DNA from: Lytechinus pictus
Taxonomy: Eukaryota
DNA length: 64,000 bases
Direction: 5' to 3'
Assembly: GCF_037042905.1 (NCBI RefSeq)
Contig: NC_087252.1
Coordinates: forward strand, 12,588,001 to 12,652,000
In this document: piece by piece, positions 37,230 through 50,263 of the stretch
Layout of the letters: each line of letters opens with the position of its first letter
Numbering within the stretch: the stretch's first letter is position 1
Translations under genes and position numbers: made by a program
The notes under the pieces: model-generated
Seen by the model: the letters and a program-made list of their open reading frames with translations, nothing else
Told to the model about the DNA's origin: nothing
Databases searched by the model: none

Positions 37230-38730
37230 CAATTTCGTTCGCGCTACGCGCTCGCATCAATTTTTCGTTGGATACCTAAAATAAAGGTCTGGTTTTCAGA
37301 TTAAAATATCGAAATATTTAGCTCGCACTTCGCCCTCGAAAGTGCTTATAATCTCCAGTTCTTAGGCCGGAATAACAAAAATGTCAGCTCGCACTTCGAG
37401 CTCATAGCTGTTAAGGTATATTCATCCTGTTCATAAGTAAATGAAGTGTTTAGAATGTCCGGTTTTCAGGTTGGAATATCAAAAAATCAAAGTATAACAA
37501 ATATATTATAAGAAACCAATTTGTTCACGGTCACAAAAAATTGCTTAGAATATCAAGTTCTCAGGTCGGAATATCAAAATTTCAGCTCGAGCTTCGCACT
37601 CGCATAAAATTTCATTTTGTTCATAATTAAAGAGGAATCCAACCTTGGCCATAAAATGTTGTGTTGAGAAGGAGAAAAATAAATTAAACAGAATGGCGAA
37701 AATTTGAAAGAAATCGGACAAGCAATAAGAAAGTTATAGCTGCTTTAAAATTGAGATCACTAATAGTATGTAGATTTCAAATTGGCAACTGGGTAAGTAA
37801 ATTATGACAAGGGGCAAGGACAACTTTCCCATAGGCCATGTAATTTATTATCAGGGATTTGTGGTTTTCTCCTAAGTATCCATTCCCCTGGGGCAGTAAT
37901 CTAAATATAATCCAGGTAGTATATTGTTTTATGTACTCATGAAAGAAAATATAATTTGAAATAAAACTTTTTGGAAAAATGAAATTTTAGCCATAATATG
38001 TATTGGAGTACATGGAAGAGTAGTCCTTGCCTTACATCACTATGGCATCCCATATGCGGCCAATTTGAAGTCTCCACGGGTATAGTGATTACCAATATTT
38101 ACAACTTTTAAAAATTCATAACTTTCTTGTTGTTTGTCCTATATCGTTCAAACTTTCACCTATTAATTTGTCTGATTTTTCTCTTCCTTATAAAAACAAG
38201 TTTTTATTTGGGTTGGATTCCCCTTTAAATGTAGTGCTCAGAATGTAAAGTTTTCAGGTTGAAATATTAGAAATTTTAAGCTCGCGCTTCTCGTTCCCAC
38301 CAATTAATTGTTTTTAACTACCATCGTGTTCATAGTTAAAAAATGCTTAGAATGTACACTTTTCAGGGGAGAATATCTCAAATTTATAGCTCGCTCTTCG
38401 CGCTCGCATCAATTAATTATTCACTTAAAAACCAATTTATTCATGGTTACTAACAGTGCTTAGAATATCAAGTTCTTAAGTCGGAATATCTAAAGTTTTA
38501 GCTAGCGCTTCGCGCCCGCACGACTGCTTAGATACCCATCCTGTGAAACAGCTTAGAATGTTTAGTGTCCAGTTAGGAATATCATTTTTTTTTAGCTCGC
38601 GCTTCGCACTCGCATAATTAACTGAGGAATATACTCATCCTATTCATTTTTAATTGTACAAAATGTATCGTTTTAGGTCTAAATTTTTAGAAAAAAATAA
38701 GCTCGCACTTCGCGCTTGAAATCATTATTT
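37230..38730. repeat. Degenerate ~115-bp tandem array with GCTCGCGCTTCGCGCTCGCAT core (opposite orientation to the 26880-29530 array)
   Basis: Core at ~37240, 37321, 37386, 37585, 38280, 38389, 38501, 38595, 38701. Confidence 0.75.
37631..38224. mobile_element. TTAA-flanked MITE (Kolobok-like)
   Basis: TIR AG(A/G)GGAATCCAACC, TTAA TSD, imperfect long arms. Confidence 0.85.
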
Positions 38731-39353
38731 TTATATTGTTATTTTAAACGGGTTTCAATGTCAAATACCTCTTTTATAAGGTCTCCGAATGAGCAGAATT
38801 GGGAACATAATTTAAAAACCTTAAAAGATGAGTAAAAGAAGTATTTTAATATAAACACTGCAATTACCACTTGATTGGAAATATATTGATCACGATCCAA
38901 TACATACAAAAAAGAATTTATTTCGACAATAAAGTGCAATCACCCAATAGGAAATATCAGTGTCGTAGCAAGATCCCAACTGTTTTATTGGATAACCTTT
39001 CCCACCTTCAGTGCCACTGCCAGACCTACAAATCCAAACGTGTATGGGGGATAGGCTGCAAAATACAGGGCGACGAGACTGCGAGGTGCCCAAATATCCT
39101 TGTGTTTTGGTAATTTTATGACCGAATGTATAATTTATCGAAAATTAAAGACTGTGAAGTTGATATTTGGGCAATTATTATCAGCCCCGCCCCCTTTGAA
39201 AAAATTGTGCCTATATGTACGTCCTTGCCTACTTCCAGCTCCCCCCACCTTCATTATCCTTGTCGCTTGCCCCCCCCCCCCCCTGACGAAGTATGCCAGG
39301 TACGCCACTGCCCCCCCCCCCACCGCCTCCCCGTCATTCTAGGACCAACTTAC

Positions 39354-39464
39354 CTGTCTTTGTCTGTGTTGTGGCCTTCCATACGCTCTCGATGTTGCGA
39401 TTTTGCTGCGAACACCACCAAATCTCCAATGATTTTCCTCTCTTCTTTTTTCAATCACACCAGC
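39354..39464 (-). CDS. Candidate internal exon (copy B1), 37 aa AGVIEKRREENHWRFGGVRSKIATSRAYGRPQHRQRQ
   Basis: tacAG / CAG|GTAAGT, 111 nt, open in phase 0; net 6-nt length difference from B2. Confidence 0.55.
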
Positions 39465-40096
39465 CTGTACCAAGGGTTATCAATGTGATCCTAAATTATG
39501 ACGATTCCCATGTTTCAAGGATTTATAACTTACTGAAATAACATCAAATACTAAAAAAAATTTGTCCGTTTCCATGGAATTTGAATTTTATGAAATGAAT
39601 TTGGTGAACCAGTCGAATTACATTAACTTTAATGTAAGAAGCAAAAAGGTAGAACTTTATACCATTTTCTTGAAATTAGTCATGGAATATTACCAGTTAA
39701 AGCTAAGCTTATATAAAATGCTGCCACTGAGATTTAAGTTCAAAATTTCAAGTTCTATTCATTTCACCGCGAAATTTAATAAATATTTGCATTTGAAATC
39801 AAGATGATAACATAATAACCATACAAACAAATTTACAATACGATGCCTGTACACAACATGATATTACGGACAAAAATAACTTTACGCAATAGTTTCAAGT
39901 TGATCAAAATAAACAATCTTTACAAATTATCAAACCAAAATTACATCGATAAACTAACATTTTTAACAAACATGGTCAAAAATTAAACAAAGTGTTTTCA
40001 TAACAAAACAAGACCAGACAAAACAGAAAAAAGGCTGTATACTGTTAGAAACTGATTGACTCGACTATCTGTCAACTAACAGTGCATAACGAAACA

Positions 40097-40375
40097 ATAA
40101 TAATAATAATAATAAATATGCAACATTTATATAGCACTTAATACAAATGTTTCTAAGCGCTACATACTATTACCCCAGCTTTAGCACGGCTACCTTGATC
40201 GGGCGCATCGAGCATTCAAGGAATTTCTTCATACCAGGTACCCATTTACTACACCTGGGTCGAGAGTGGCAAATGTAGATAAACACCTTGCCAAAGGACG
40301 CTAGTGCTGCGGTGGGGTTTGAACCCCGGACCTCGTGGTTTACGGTCCGGAGACTTATCCACTGAGCCACAATCA
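40097..40375 (-). mobile_element. tRNA-derived SINE with L2-like 3-prime tail
   Basis: A box TGGCTCAGTGG, B box GGTTCAAACCC, core GTCCTTTGGCAAG..ACCCAGGTGTAGTAAATGGGTACC, tail AGCGCTTAGAAAC..TATATAAATG..(TTA)n. Confidence 0.85.
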
Positions 40376-41751
40376 TCATCTACATCATCAGGTGCTAAAA
40401 TGTCGTTCTAGTTTATCAACTGCATATCATATAATTTGTGAAATATTTGTAATCATTGTAATTGCGTTAATTTGAGGCCATGCTAGTGATATACTTGAAT
40501 CCCAAATATTTGTATGAAATTTTCGGCATTTTGCTCAGTGAATTCTACTCTATTTACTAAGCTATAAATACTTTCAGCCCGGACCATCCCTTTAAGTAAT
40601 TTTTTTAGATCTCGAGTCTAGATTGTAAAGTGGGTGAGGATAATCTATTCTCTTTTTAATTTAGATTTTGACAAACAATACATGAAAAGCAATAAATGAG
40701 ACTGATACGCAAACGACTGTGCTATTCACTCGGTTTGGGAGTGAAATGTTTTGGAAATCAACAAAAATATTGATAAACTTAATAAACAATTGTTAACATA
40801 TATGAGTGATAAATGCTCTTCCTTTACTACAATTGTAATTAGTTTTCATAGAAATCACTTTTTTAAAAAGAACCCAACTTTAGTGACATTTTTAAAGCTT
40901 TGTTGCAGTCACCCCTGCGTCAGTTATTTACCAAAGCTGTACTAGTCTCGGTTAAAAGAGGATTATTATTTACAAAAAAAAAAGAATTTAAACCCGGGTT
41001 TAACCCAGTTTTAGTTAAACATGGCTATCAGAATACCAGAATAATTAAATTGCAATTGGACCAGAGGTGAGGTTAAGAGGAGGTTTAGCAAAACCAGGGT
41101 TAACTTTAGAACAGGGTAAAATTAAACGTCCTATCGGAATACGAGTCTGTGAGTTTTGTATCGCTGATGAAGACGTGGGATTGCGTCGAATATTTGTCAA
41201 ATACTTGGGAATAAACTTTGAACTGCAATGCATCACCTCTTTGTTTCTTTTTGTTTCATCAGTATCCAACACGCGGAATGTAATATCATTTTATAGGCGC
41301 TCAAAAGTTAGTGAACCCCACCAGATAATTTTCATATTTAAAGTTCTGCCATGTTTTAGATATGTAGTTGTGAAGTCAGGTGATAACATATCATTTTTAA
41401 TAAAGTTTGTTTCTTTGGGCTTGTCTAACATTGTGGTGTTGTTGTCTACAATCAACATACAGCATGAGAATGGGCATTTTGTGGTGGGGTTCACAAATTT
41501 CTGAGCACAACTGTATATTATATATAGGCAATTACGAATAGCAATGTATAAGGGGGGGGGGGGTTAACGTTACCCCCATTGGCCTGTGTCAACTGATCCC
41601 TTTAAGACTGCAACTTAACCGTTAAGCATTTGAAATGACAGGTTTTTTCGTGAATATCTTCCAAACTATCCACGAAAAAAAAAACATTTTCCACATCAAA
41701 CCCTCACGTATTATTGTGTCGTATAAAAGTAAGAGTATAAATCAAACATAC

Positions 41752-41889
41752 CATTCTTTTGGTGATTTGCGGTTTGAACTCACAAACATGTACAATTGAC
41801 TTTGGGATATCTTGGTCTACTGGTCGACACTGAACTTCTTCTTCATCGGGAGATCTGTCACGTAGGTATATGGTCGGCTGGGCATGAAC
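41752..41889 (-). CDS. Candidate internal exon (copy A2), 46 aa VHAQPTIYLRDRSPDEEEVQCRPVDQDIPKSIVHVCEFKPQITKRM
   Basis: CTAAT branch-like site, ttatAG acceptor, G|GTATGT donor, 138 nt, open in phase 0. Confidence 0.55.
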
Positions 41890-42647
41890 CTATAAACGGT
41901 AATTAGCAATTTTATCTCAAATCATAATAATTTCAAGGATTTGACTATATTCTACCAAGATAATGATTGAAGAGGTAAAAAAAATCAGAATATATTCTGA
42001 CATCTTTCAAGACGACATCGATGAACTTGTTGAAACAAGTGGAGCGCCTCTGGCAGTCTCACTTGCATCACGCGATTCAATATAGCAGCAGTGCTGACTT
42101 TGAAAACTACTATAAAATAATTATTAAAAAAAAAAACATTCATATACTGATACAATACTACGTTCATTGACAATCAATTTCATTGGACCTTGATCATGCG
42201 ACTTAAGACTTGTCAGTGATATCTGATTATCCCTATATCTACATTTTATAAATTATTTCTATAAATTTTGAAAGTTATGACAGCAATCTAATAATTACCG
42301 CCAAAATGACCGAAGTTCAATTACCTTAAATGACATTTGTCTTTAGTCATGTGACCTGAAACTCGCATGAGATGTTTCGTGATAATTGATTACACTTGTG
42401 TTCAAGTTTTATGAACTAGATCCAAAAACTGTCAGAGTTATGATGGCTATTCAAGAAATACCTCCAACGTGGCTAAAGTCCATTGACCTTGGTATTTGAG
42501 ACCTTTCGTTTTCTGAGACGAGCCATGTGTACGTACGAGATTAAAGGTAAATGCTAGTTTTGGTAACGATATCAAAATGTGTTCGTACAGATTCCAATGA
42601 AATGACCACCAAAGTGTCTGTTTGTATAAATAAAACGTATGTGCCAA

Positions 42648-45600
42648 CACAGGTAAAAAACACAGTTAAGTACCAGTTCATCCAACTGGTACTGGTACCA
42701 GTTGATTCCAGTAAGCGAAATGGATTCAATATGGAAATTTGAATACTGGAATCAACTGGAATCCAGTTGACAAATTGGTACCAGTTAGAAATACCAGTTG
42801 GCAACTGGACCTAGCTGGTACCAGTTGTCAACTGGTACTGGTACCTGTTAGGACCAGTTAGAAACATGAGTTGTCAACTGGTACCAGTTAGGACCAGTTG
42901 GAAACATGAGTTGTCAAACTGGTACCAGTTAGAACTAGATGAAAACACCAGTTATCAACTGGTGCCAGTTAGAACAAGTTGGAAACACCAGTTAGGACCA
43001 GTTGGAAACACAAATTGTCAAGTGGTACCAGTTAGAAACACCCTGCAATGTATAGCATAAACAAAAATGAATCATTTGTATATGTACATTCATGATCTTT
43101 CACTCTTCTCATCACTCCTTCGTTTTCCTTGCGCGCACACACATTAGAATATTGGTACCAACACCAACCCCCCCCCCCCTCTTTCGAGCTGTTATTTCAA
43201 TTAATTATCTTCAATTATATTTACATTGAATGTCAACTCCTGTTATAACAATGTACAAGGACAAGTGAAATGATTATCCTTGCACATAAGACTGATGAAA
43301 TGAATCGAGGAAAATTTGTCAATTTGTATTGAAACCTTGTTAATTTCCACATGCCCAATATAACAGGATTGGACTGTAAACTTGCTGTGGTAAATCAATA
43401 AAAAAATCCCTCAGTCTCTTGAAATCTGTACCAAAAAACATAAAAGAATGACAAAAGTCACAAAAAACATCTGGTATTAAAACTAGGAATTTAATGGAAA
43501 AAATTATGTTACAAACTATTGAACATGTAACAAGCTGTGTATTATTCTTATATTATGTGTCAACAACGATTATTAACTTGCACAGTAAATATGTAGTCAA
43601 TCCAATTTTTACAAGCTAGCTTGGGGACGAAATTTGAATATAATTTTTAAAGGAATGATAAAGGAGTCTCTTTTAAATTATTGTTTGGGATCTTGGGGCA
43701 CTCACTGCCTGTGAAGAGTAAACCTGAGACAGGTACCTTCCTTTCCTGTAGTGGCACTTGATCTTTGCTGGTAGATGCGATGTATCTGAAGATTAGAAAA
43801 AAATGAAAAAAAAAGAATAATAAGTACAGTGAATAATACCACATTTCAGTGTTGTAAAATTATATTTGCAGATAAAGATAATAAACGGGATAGTAAAACT
43901 TCTTCCAAGTTCCACATTTCAATGATTCAATTATGAATGATAGACAGCAAATCATCATTTGTGGAGTAAGTTCACATGGTCTTGGGAATACTTCTGAAAT
44001 TGACGTCGCAGAGATGAAATTGCCCCGACCTTTTACCTATACGTTTATTAGAATCATTAAGACTTAGACTATGTATGTTTGCATATATGTATCTAGGAGT
44101 CTATGTTGCACATTATCTGCAAACATCTGATGGGTATTTCATGAAAGTTGTTAGCACTAAATTGTCAGTGCTGACTAATTTAGTGAAATCCTTGCTTTTG
44201 ATTGGCTGAGAAGCACTGGCCTCTGACTGTTACTATGGTAACTGTCGGAAAAAGACATCTTATTAGTGCTGACAACTTTCAAGAAACAGTTCCCAGAACA
44301 TGTTTGGATACGCAAGACAAAGCAAAAAAAAATTGAAATGCAAAATTTTATCCGCGGGTTAAAGGGATAGGCCGGGCTGAAAATATTTACATCTAAATAA
44401 ATAGATAGAGTAAATTTCACAGTTTTATATTTTCTTACAAAAAGGATCACTTGCTTGCAGATCTTGTTGTCCTCACTGCCTCTGAAGAGTTCACGTGTGA
44501 CAGGTACCTTCCTTTCCTGTACTGGCACACATTCTTTGCTGGTAGATGCGATGTATCAGAAGATTTAAAAAAAAACAATGGAGAGAAGAATAATCAGTAT
44601 AGTGAATAACAATACATGTCTATACCTAAGGCGGGCAAGGGTTACTACAGTGTTATAACATTCTATTTGCACATGAAGGAAAATACATGGGATTGTGAAT
44701 CAATGATTCAACTATAAATGATAAACAGCACATGTTCATATTAAAATGTGGAGTAAGTTCACTTGGTCGTGGGAGTTGGGAATACTTCTGAAATTGATGT
44801 CGCAGAGATCAGTCCTTCATGTTTATATTAATTCCATGGAGCTCAATAAATGGCTCTCCTTATTTTTTTTGAGGAGCTCAATCAAGAATTTACTTTCCTA
44901 GATGCACTCAATTTAATACAGAACTAAACTATTGTCGCTTTTTCTTAAAAATGTAAATGCAACAGTTGTGTAGCTATTAATTAATATGCGGTGAAACTTG
45001 GCTTGGGTCATAATTCATTACACTTAAAAAATATCGCGCTCCTCAAATATTTGTTTTTTTATAATTAGGCCTAAAAAAGTGCTCGAAATTCATATTTTAC
45101 ATCTTTAAATCCATAAAATGGCCATCTTTTTTCCATAATTCTCATAATAGAAGATACGCAAGGACCCCAAAGTAAAATTCACATCTGAATTACATACCTT
45201 CTGCCTCCGTGCATGTAGGGCAGCAACGTAGGATTTGGATCTCCAAAAATCATAGAAAACTGTTAACTTACTTGATGAGCCTACCGCGAATGTCTTAGCT
45301 TACAAGTCTTGTCCAAATCTGACCCATAATGAATTATTAAACGACTTTTTTTCATGTTCTTTATCGCACTCGATAAAACTGCGTTGCAGTGCAAACGACG
45401 TCGATGGCCTTTTCAAATTGGCGGTTTTTTACGGTAGGTGAATTTGCATATACCATATTTGCATATCAGTTCGCAGGCCCGCCCGCGCCCGACAAGCGAA
45501 GGAAACTGCAGAGTCGGAAATTTTGACGGGGGGGGGGGGGGGGGATGGGGGCAAGAGAGAAGTTTTTAAATTGATACGAACTTCTTTAATAAAAACTTCT

Positions 45601-47243
45601 TCTTGTTTGATTTTGGTTGGCAACCGGTCAAGCAATGACGATTTTGCCACTGCTTTTGTAGCTTTTTTTTTCTTTGAAAGATCAAGAAAAGCAATAGCTT
45701 CATTTTTTTCTTTATTTCTATTATATATTTTTTCTTTTTCTTTTCAAGATAAAAATAGCCTTGCTAGCATAGCAATGTTAAAAAGAAGCAATAAATAGTA
45801 TGCACATAAATAGGCAAAAAAATATCAGTGAGTTAAAAATGAGAAAAATAAACTATTTTTTATATTTCATTGTAAAAATAGTTTGAAATAGTCCCCTTTC
45901 ACTAAAATTAGTAATAAAAAAGGGATTAAATAGGAAGATTTTTTTTTCTCGCAACAAATATCTAGGATAACAATTTTTGTAATGTAAACTAGAAACTTTC
46001 ATTGAGAATAACATGTTTCGATTTAAGTTATATGGTAATATCGAACTACATACTTTAATAAACCTGTTCATAGTGGAAATATTAAATGAACATAAAGAAT
46101 AATTAAGTAGTTAATTATTATTAATATTTTCCCCTTATCCTTAATCGAGCTGTTTTAATCACGACAATGTGTGTGTATGTATATATATATATATAAAATG
46201 TATATACGAGTTTTTACTGGAATCAACTGGTTTGATATTCCAGTGTGGTTAATGGGTTTCAAGTGGGTTATGGGAGGTCTATTGGTTCCAACTGGTACAT
46301 TCTGGCCCAGTAAGGTTTATGGGTGTTAACTGAAATCAACTGGTAGATATATCAGTAAGGCCTAATGGTTCTAACTGGTATCTATTGGATTGATATTCCA
46401 GTATGGTTAATGGGTTTCAAGTGGGTTATATGGGCTCCAACTGGCATAATCTGTTTGAGTTTGGTTCATGGGTTTTAACTGGAATCAGCTGGTAAATATA
46501 CCAGTATACTATTGGTTTTAACTGGTATCAATTGGTTTGATATTCCAGTATGGTTAATGGGTTTCAAGTGGGTTATGGGAGGTCTATTGGTTCCAGCTGG
46601 TACATTGTGGCCCAGTTAGATTTATGGGTGTTAACAGAAATCAACTGGTAGATATATCAGTAAGGCCTATTGGTTCTAACTGGTATCAATTGGTTTCATA
46701 TTCCAGTATGGTTTAAGGGTTTCAAGTGGGTTATGGGAGGTCTATTGGTTCCAACTCGTACATTCTGGTCCAGTTAGGTTTATGGGTTTTAAATGGAATC
46801 AACTGGTAGTATGCCGGTATCAGGCATGTTCGTTCTAACTGGTATCAATTGGTTTAATGATATACCAGTATGGTTAATGGGTTTAAGGTGGCATTAACTG
46901 GTATATACACACATTGAGTTTCTATGGGTTCCAACTGGCATCAAATGGTCCAGTTTGGCTTATGGGTCTTAAACTGGAATATATTGGTAAATAAACCAGC
47001 AGGGTCTATTGGTTTTAACTGGTTTTAACTGGCGTACTCATTTTTACCAGCATAGTCAATTGGTTTCAACTGGAATCAACTTGTATGTTTTCAGCATGTC
47101 CAGTTGGAACAATTGGTTTCAACTGGAAAATACTGGTATGATGGGAGTTTACCAGTTGTGCCAATTGGTTTCAACTGGTCCCAGTTGAATCCAGTTGAAA
47201 CCAGTTAAAATTTCAACTGGTTTCAACTGGTTTTTTACCTGGG
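42648..47243. mobile_element. CMC/EnSpm-like non-autonomous element (4.6 kb) with CCAGTT/AACTGG subterminal repeats
   Basis: TIR C(A/C)CAGGTAAAAAAC; AA TSD; subterminal arrays 42660-43040 and 46215-47240 (~155-bp units). Confidence 0.8.
44130..44293. mobile_element. Small Harbinger-type hairpin MITE
   Basis: TTTCATGAAAGTTGTTAGCACTAA / TTAGTGCTGACAACTTTCAAGAAA arms, CTG/CAG flanks. Confidence 0.65.
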
Positions 47244-49537
47244 AAAGGATTCTGGAAGAAATTGTGTAATTGCTGAGAAATCAGCAAATAAGCACAGGAT
47301 TCGGGTAGAGCGTCGGGCCCAGCATTCAAAGCAATACTTATGCACTGTCCCACGTGCGCTTATCTGTGTTGGGGATCTTCAGTCTGAACATTTTTCAGCG
47401 TAGATTTCAAGATTTCACGAAGTTCAGTTTATGTAAGTAACTGTACCAGATCTGGATCCTCGATGATATACTGACAATTAAGCCTTTTTTTACAGACTTT
47501 CTCATGAAATCAGTTTTTACTGCAACTACTGGAATTTCTCTTTAAGGGATTTTGGGAGCACTGCGCATGCGCGAAGTAATCTGTGACGAGCCTTCTCGTT
47601 CACTGCCCAAATCTGTGACTCGTATTTGAGGGGTTTTGACGTTCGGTGTCATAGTGCTCGAACGAGCGCTTTTTCGTGCATGATGACGTCATCCAAGCTT
47701 AGAAAAAATGAATGAAGCCGCATCAACACTTGAATTTCGTTGATTCAGCAGGGCTGGAAAACTGCAAATTACTGCTTGTTACCAGCTTTTCCATTACATT
47801 TAGTGTGTCCTGATTTCAGACACTACATATCCGATAGGTAATTGATGTTCTATTTCCAAACAATTGTGTTTTTGTGCTAGAGTGCAAGTTGCACCCATAG
47901 TCACCCCACTGGTTCGTAGGATGATGCTGCGCCTGACTCTCCGGCCGAGCATCGGCCAACGGCCCGCTCGCTATCACGCTGGTATATGCTGTGGTCTGGT
48001 ACTAGCCCAATACGGATACGTCGAGTAAGTCGAAACTGTTTTCGTCAATGTACGAACGTGATACTGAACGAGCGGTGTTACAACTTCCGGTGAACTAGGA
48101 ATACAGTCGCAGACAATCGAAACCTTCGTATTGTGACCTGAAACTCGCACAGGATATTCAGTGATACTTGATTACTCCTATGTCACAGTTTCATGAATTA
48201 GATAAAAAAACTTTAAAAATTATGATGGTAATTCAACAGATACCCCAATATGGACAAAGTCAATTCACCTTAGGACTTGATCATGTGACCTGAAACTTGC
48301 ACAGAATGTGCAGTGAAAATTGATTATTCTTTTGTTCCAGTTTCATGAATCAGATCTATAAACATTAAATGTTATGATGGTAATTCAACAGATGCCCGAC
48401 TTGGCCGAAGTTCACTGACCCTAAATGACGTTTGACCTTGGTCATGTGGCTTGAAGCTCAGGCAGGATGTTCAGTAATATTTGATTAATTTTATGTTAAA
48501 GTTTCATGACCTAGGTTCATATATTTCCTAAGATATGATCACATTCCAAAAACCTAACATTAGGCTAAGATTTAGATGTTAACTTCCCCAACATAGTATA
48601 AGTTCATTGACCCTAAATGACCTTTGATCTTGGTCATGTGACCTAAAACCTAGGCAGGATGTTCACTGATACTTGATTACACTTATGTCTAGTTTTCATG
48701 AATCAGATCTATACAATTTCAAAGTTATGATGGTAATTCAACAGATAACCCCAGCATGGCAAAAGTTCATTGACCTTTGTCATTGGTCATGTGACCTGAA
48801 ACTCGCACAGGATGTTCAAATATACTTAATTAGACTTATGTCCAAGTTTTATGAACGAGACCAACAAACCTTCAAAATTACAATGGTAATGCATCAAATA
48901 TCCCCAACTTGGACAAAGTTCATTGACCCTGAATGACGTTTGACCTTGGTCATGTGACTGGAAGCTAAGGCTGGATGTTCAGTAATACTTGATTACTCGT
49001 ATATCCAAGTTTTATTAACTAGACTAATACTTAAATTACCTTTCACCTTGGTCATCGGACCTAAAACTAGGACAGGATATTCAGTGATACCGGATTACTC
49101 CTATGTCAAAGTTTCATGAATCAGATTCAAAAACTTTCAAAATTATGATGGTAATTCAACAGATAACGCCAAAATGGACAAGGACCTTGGACCTTTGCCC
49201 TTGGTCATGTGACCTGACACTCGCACAGGATGTTCAGATATACTTAATTAGACTTATGTCCAAGTTTTATGAACTAGACCAATAAACCTTCAAAGTTACA
49301 ATGGTAATGCATCAAATACCCCCAACTTGGACAAAGTTCATTGACCCTGAATGATGTTTGACCTTGGTCATGTGACTGAAAGCTAAGGCTGGATGTTCAG
49401 TAATACTTGATTAATATTATGTCTAAATTCCATCAACAAGGTTCATATACTTACTAAGTTATGTTGTCATTTTCTAAAACTAAATATTCGGTAAAGATTA
49501 AGTGGTGACACCGCCGTCGTCGGAAAAGCGGCGCTTA

Positions 49538-50174
49538 CCACCGGGGGTCACTCTCCACATGGACTGCTACCCACCCGTGTCTGACAACCTCAGAAATGCA
49601 CCCTAAACGGCGTAACCCATGAGAAAAGCCACCGTGACTGGGAAATTCCCTTATTTGACACCCTAAGTGGCGTAAACATAAAAATCGATTAATGTTGTGG
49701 GCGTGTGGGTAACGCGTGCTGCCTAGTATAAAGCCAGGTAAAGAGACTAGCTATAAATATACGGGTGCAACTCAAATCATGGACCTATAATAGGTCCATG
49801 CTCTCATAAGTGCTGCGCTGGCCTCGCTGACATATGGGAGGATTATTTTGTATCCCTTAAAATCGCCTTTCATGGTGTTTATGGCTTACGTCTGCTCCAC
49901 GTCTCCTCAAATTTGCCCAAATAATTTGCACCCCTAAATGGCGTAATTTTCATAACCAAATTAGCAAGCCTAAATGGCGTGGAGAGAGAAAAAAAAGGCT
50001 ACCCTTATCGGAGATTTACGAGCGAAAGGTGCTGACCTTTGAATGGTGCAACCCTTTTTGCCAAAGACGTCGAAGCCACCCGAGTGCCTGAAACGGGACC
50101 ATTTTCGACGCTTTTTTTCTGGAAGGGGTGCGTAGCAGGTCATGTGGAGAGTACCCCCCCCCCCCCCTCCTGGT
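49538..50174. mobile_element. TIR element with 8-bp TSD and poly-G/poly-C ends
   Basis: TIR core CTCTCCACATG..CTGCTAC; TSD GGCG(C/G)TTA (49530-37, 50175-82); internal CCCTAAA(C/T)GGCGTAA repeats. Confidence 0.7.
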
Positions 50175-50210
50175 GGCGGTTATAGTCTCACTCTGCTATG
50201 TAGGATATAA

Positions 50211-50263
<53 letters not shown>

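Larger units (their letters stand above)
42545..47541. mobile_element. TTAA-flanked Kolobok-like MITE split by a 4.6-kb insertion
   Basis: TTAA at 42541-44 and 47542-45; the halves rejoin as GTGCCAAAGGATTCTGGAAG and match 57649-57959 in reverse. Confidence 0.75.
42497..48128. mobile_element. TIR element with apparent 4-bp TSD (TATT), superfamily unassigned
   Basis: Splits host unit GACCTTGG-TATT-GTGACCTG; degenerate TIR ..TTTCG.TT.TCTG.GAC. Confidence 0.55.
42034..50204 (-). mobile_element. Second Helentron/DINE-1-like element, expanded by nested insertions
   Basis: Same termini and tandem units as 24298-25243 (42034-42496, 48129-49537, 50175-50204); empty site ATGAACTTGTTGAAAAAA in the paralog at ~58053-58070. 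Confidence 0.8.

Noticed and set aside
41160..41200. Hammerhead-like CTGATGA-A-GACG..CGTC-GAAT
   Set aside because: GAAA core broken and no convincing stem I; the same GACGCAATCCCACG occurs in a Harbinger element at ~35143
41045..41504. Overlapping 67-145-aa ORFs downstream of exon A2
   Set aside because: No recognisable domain, weak acceptor, partly overlaps repeat-like sequence
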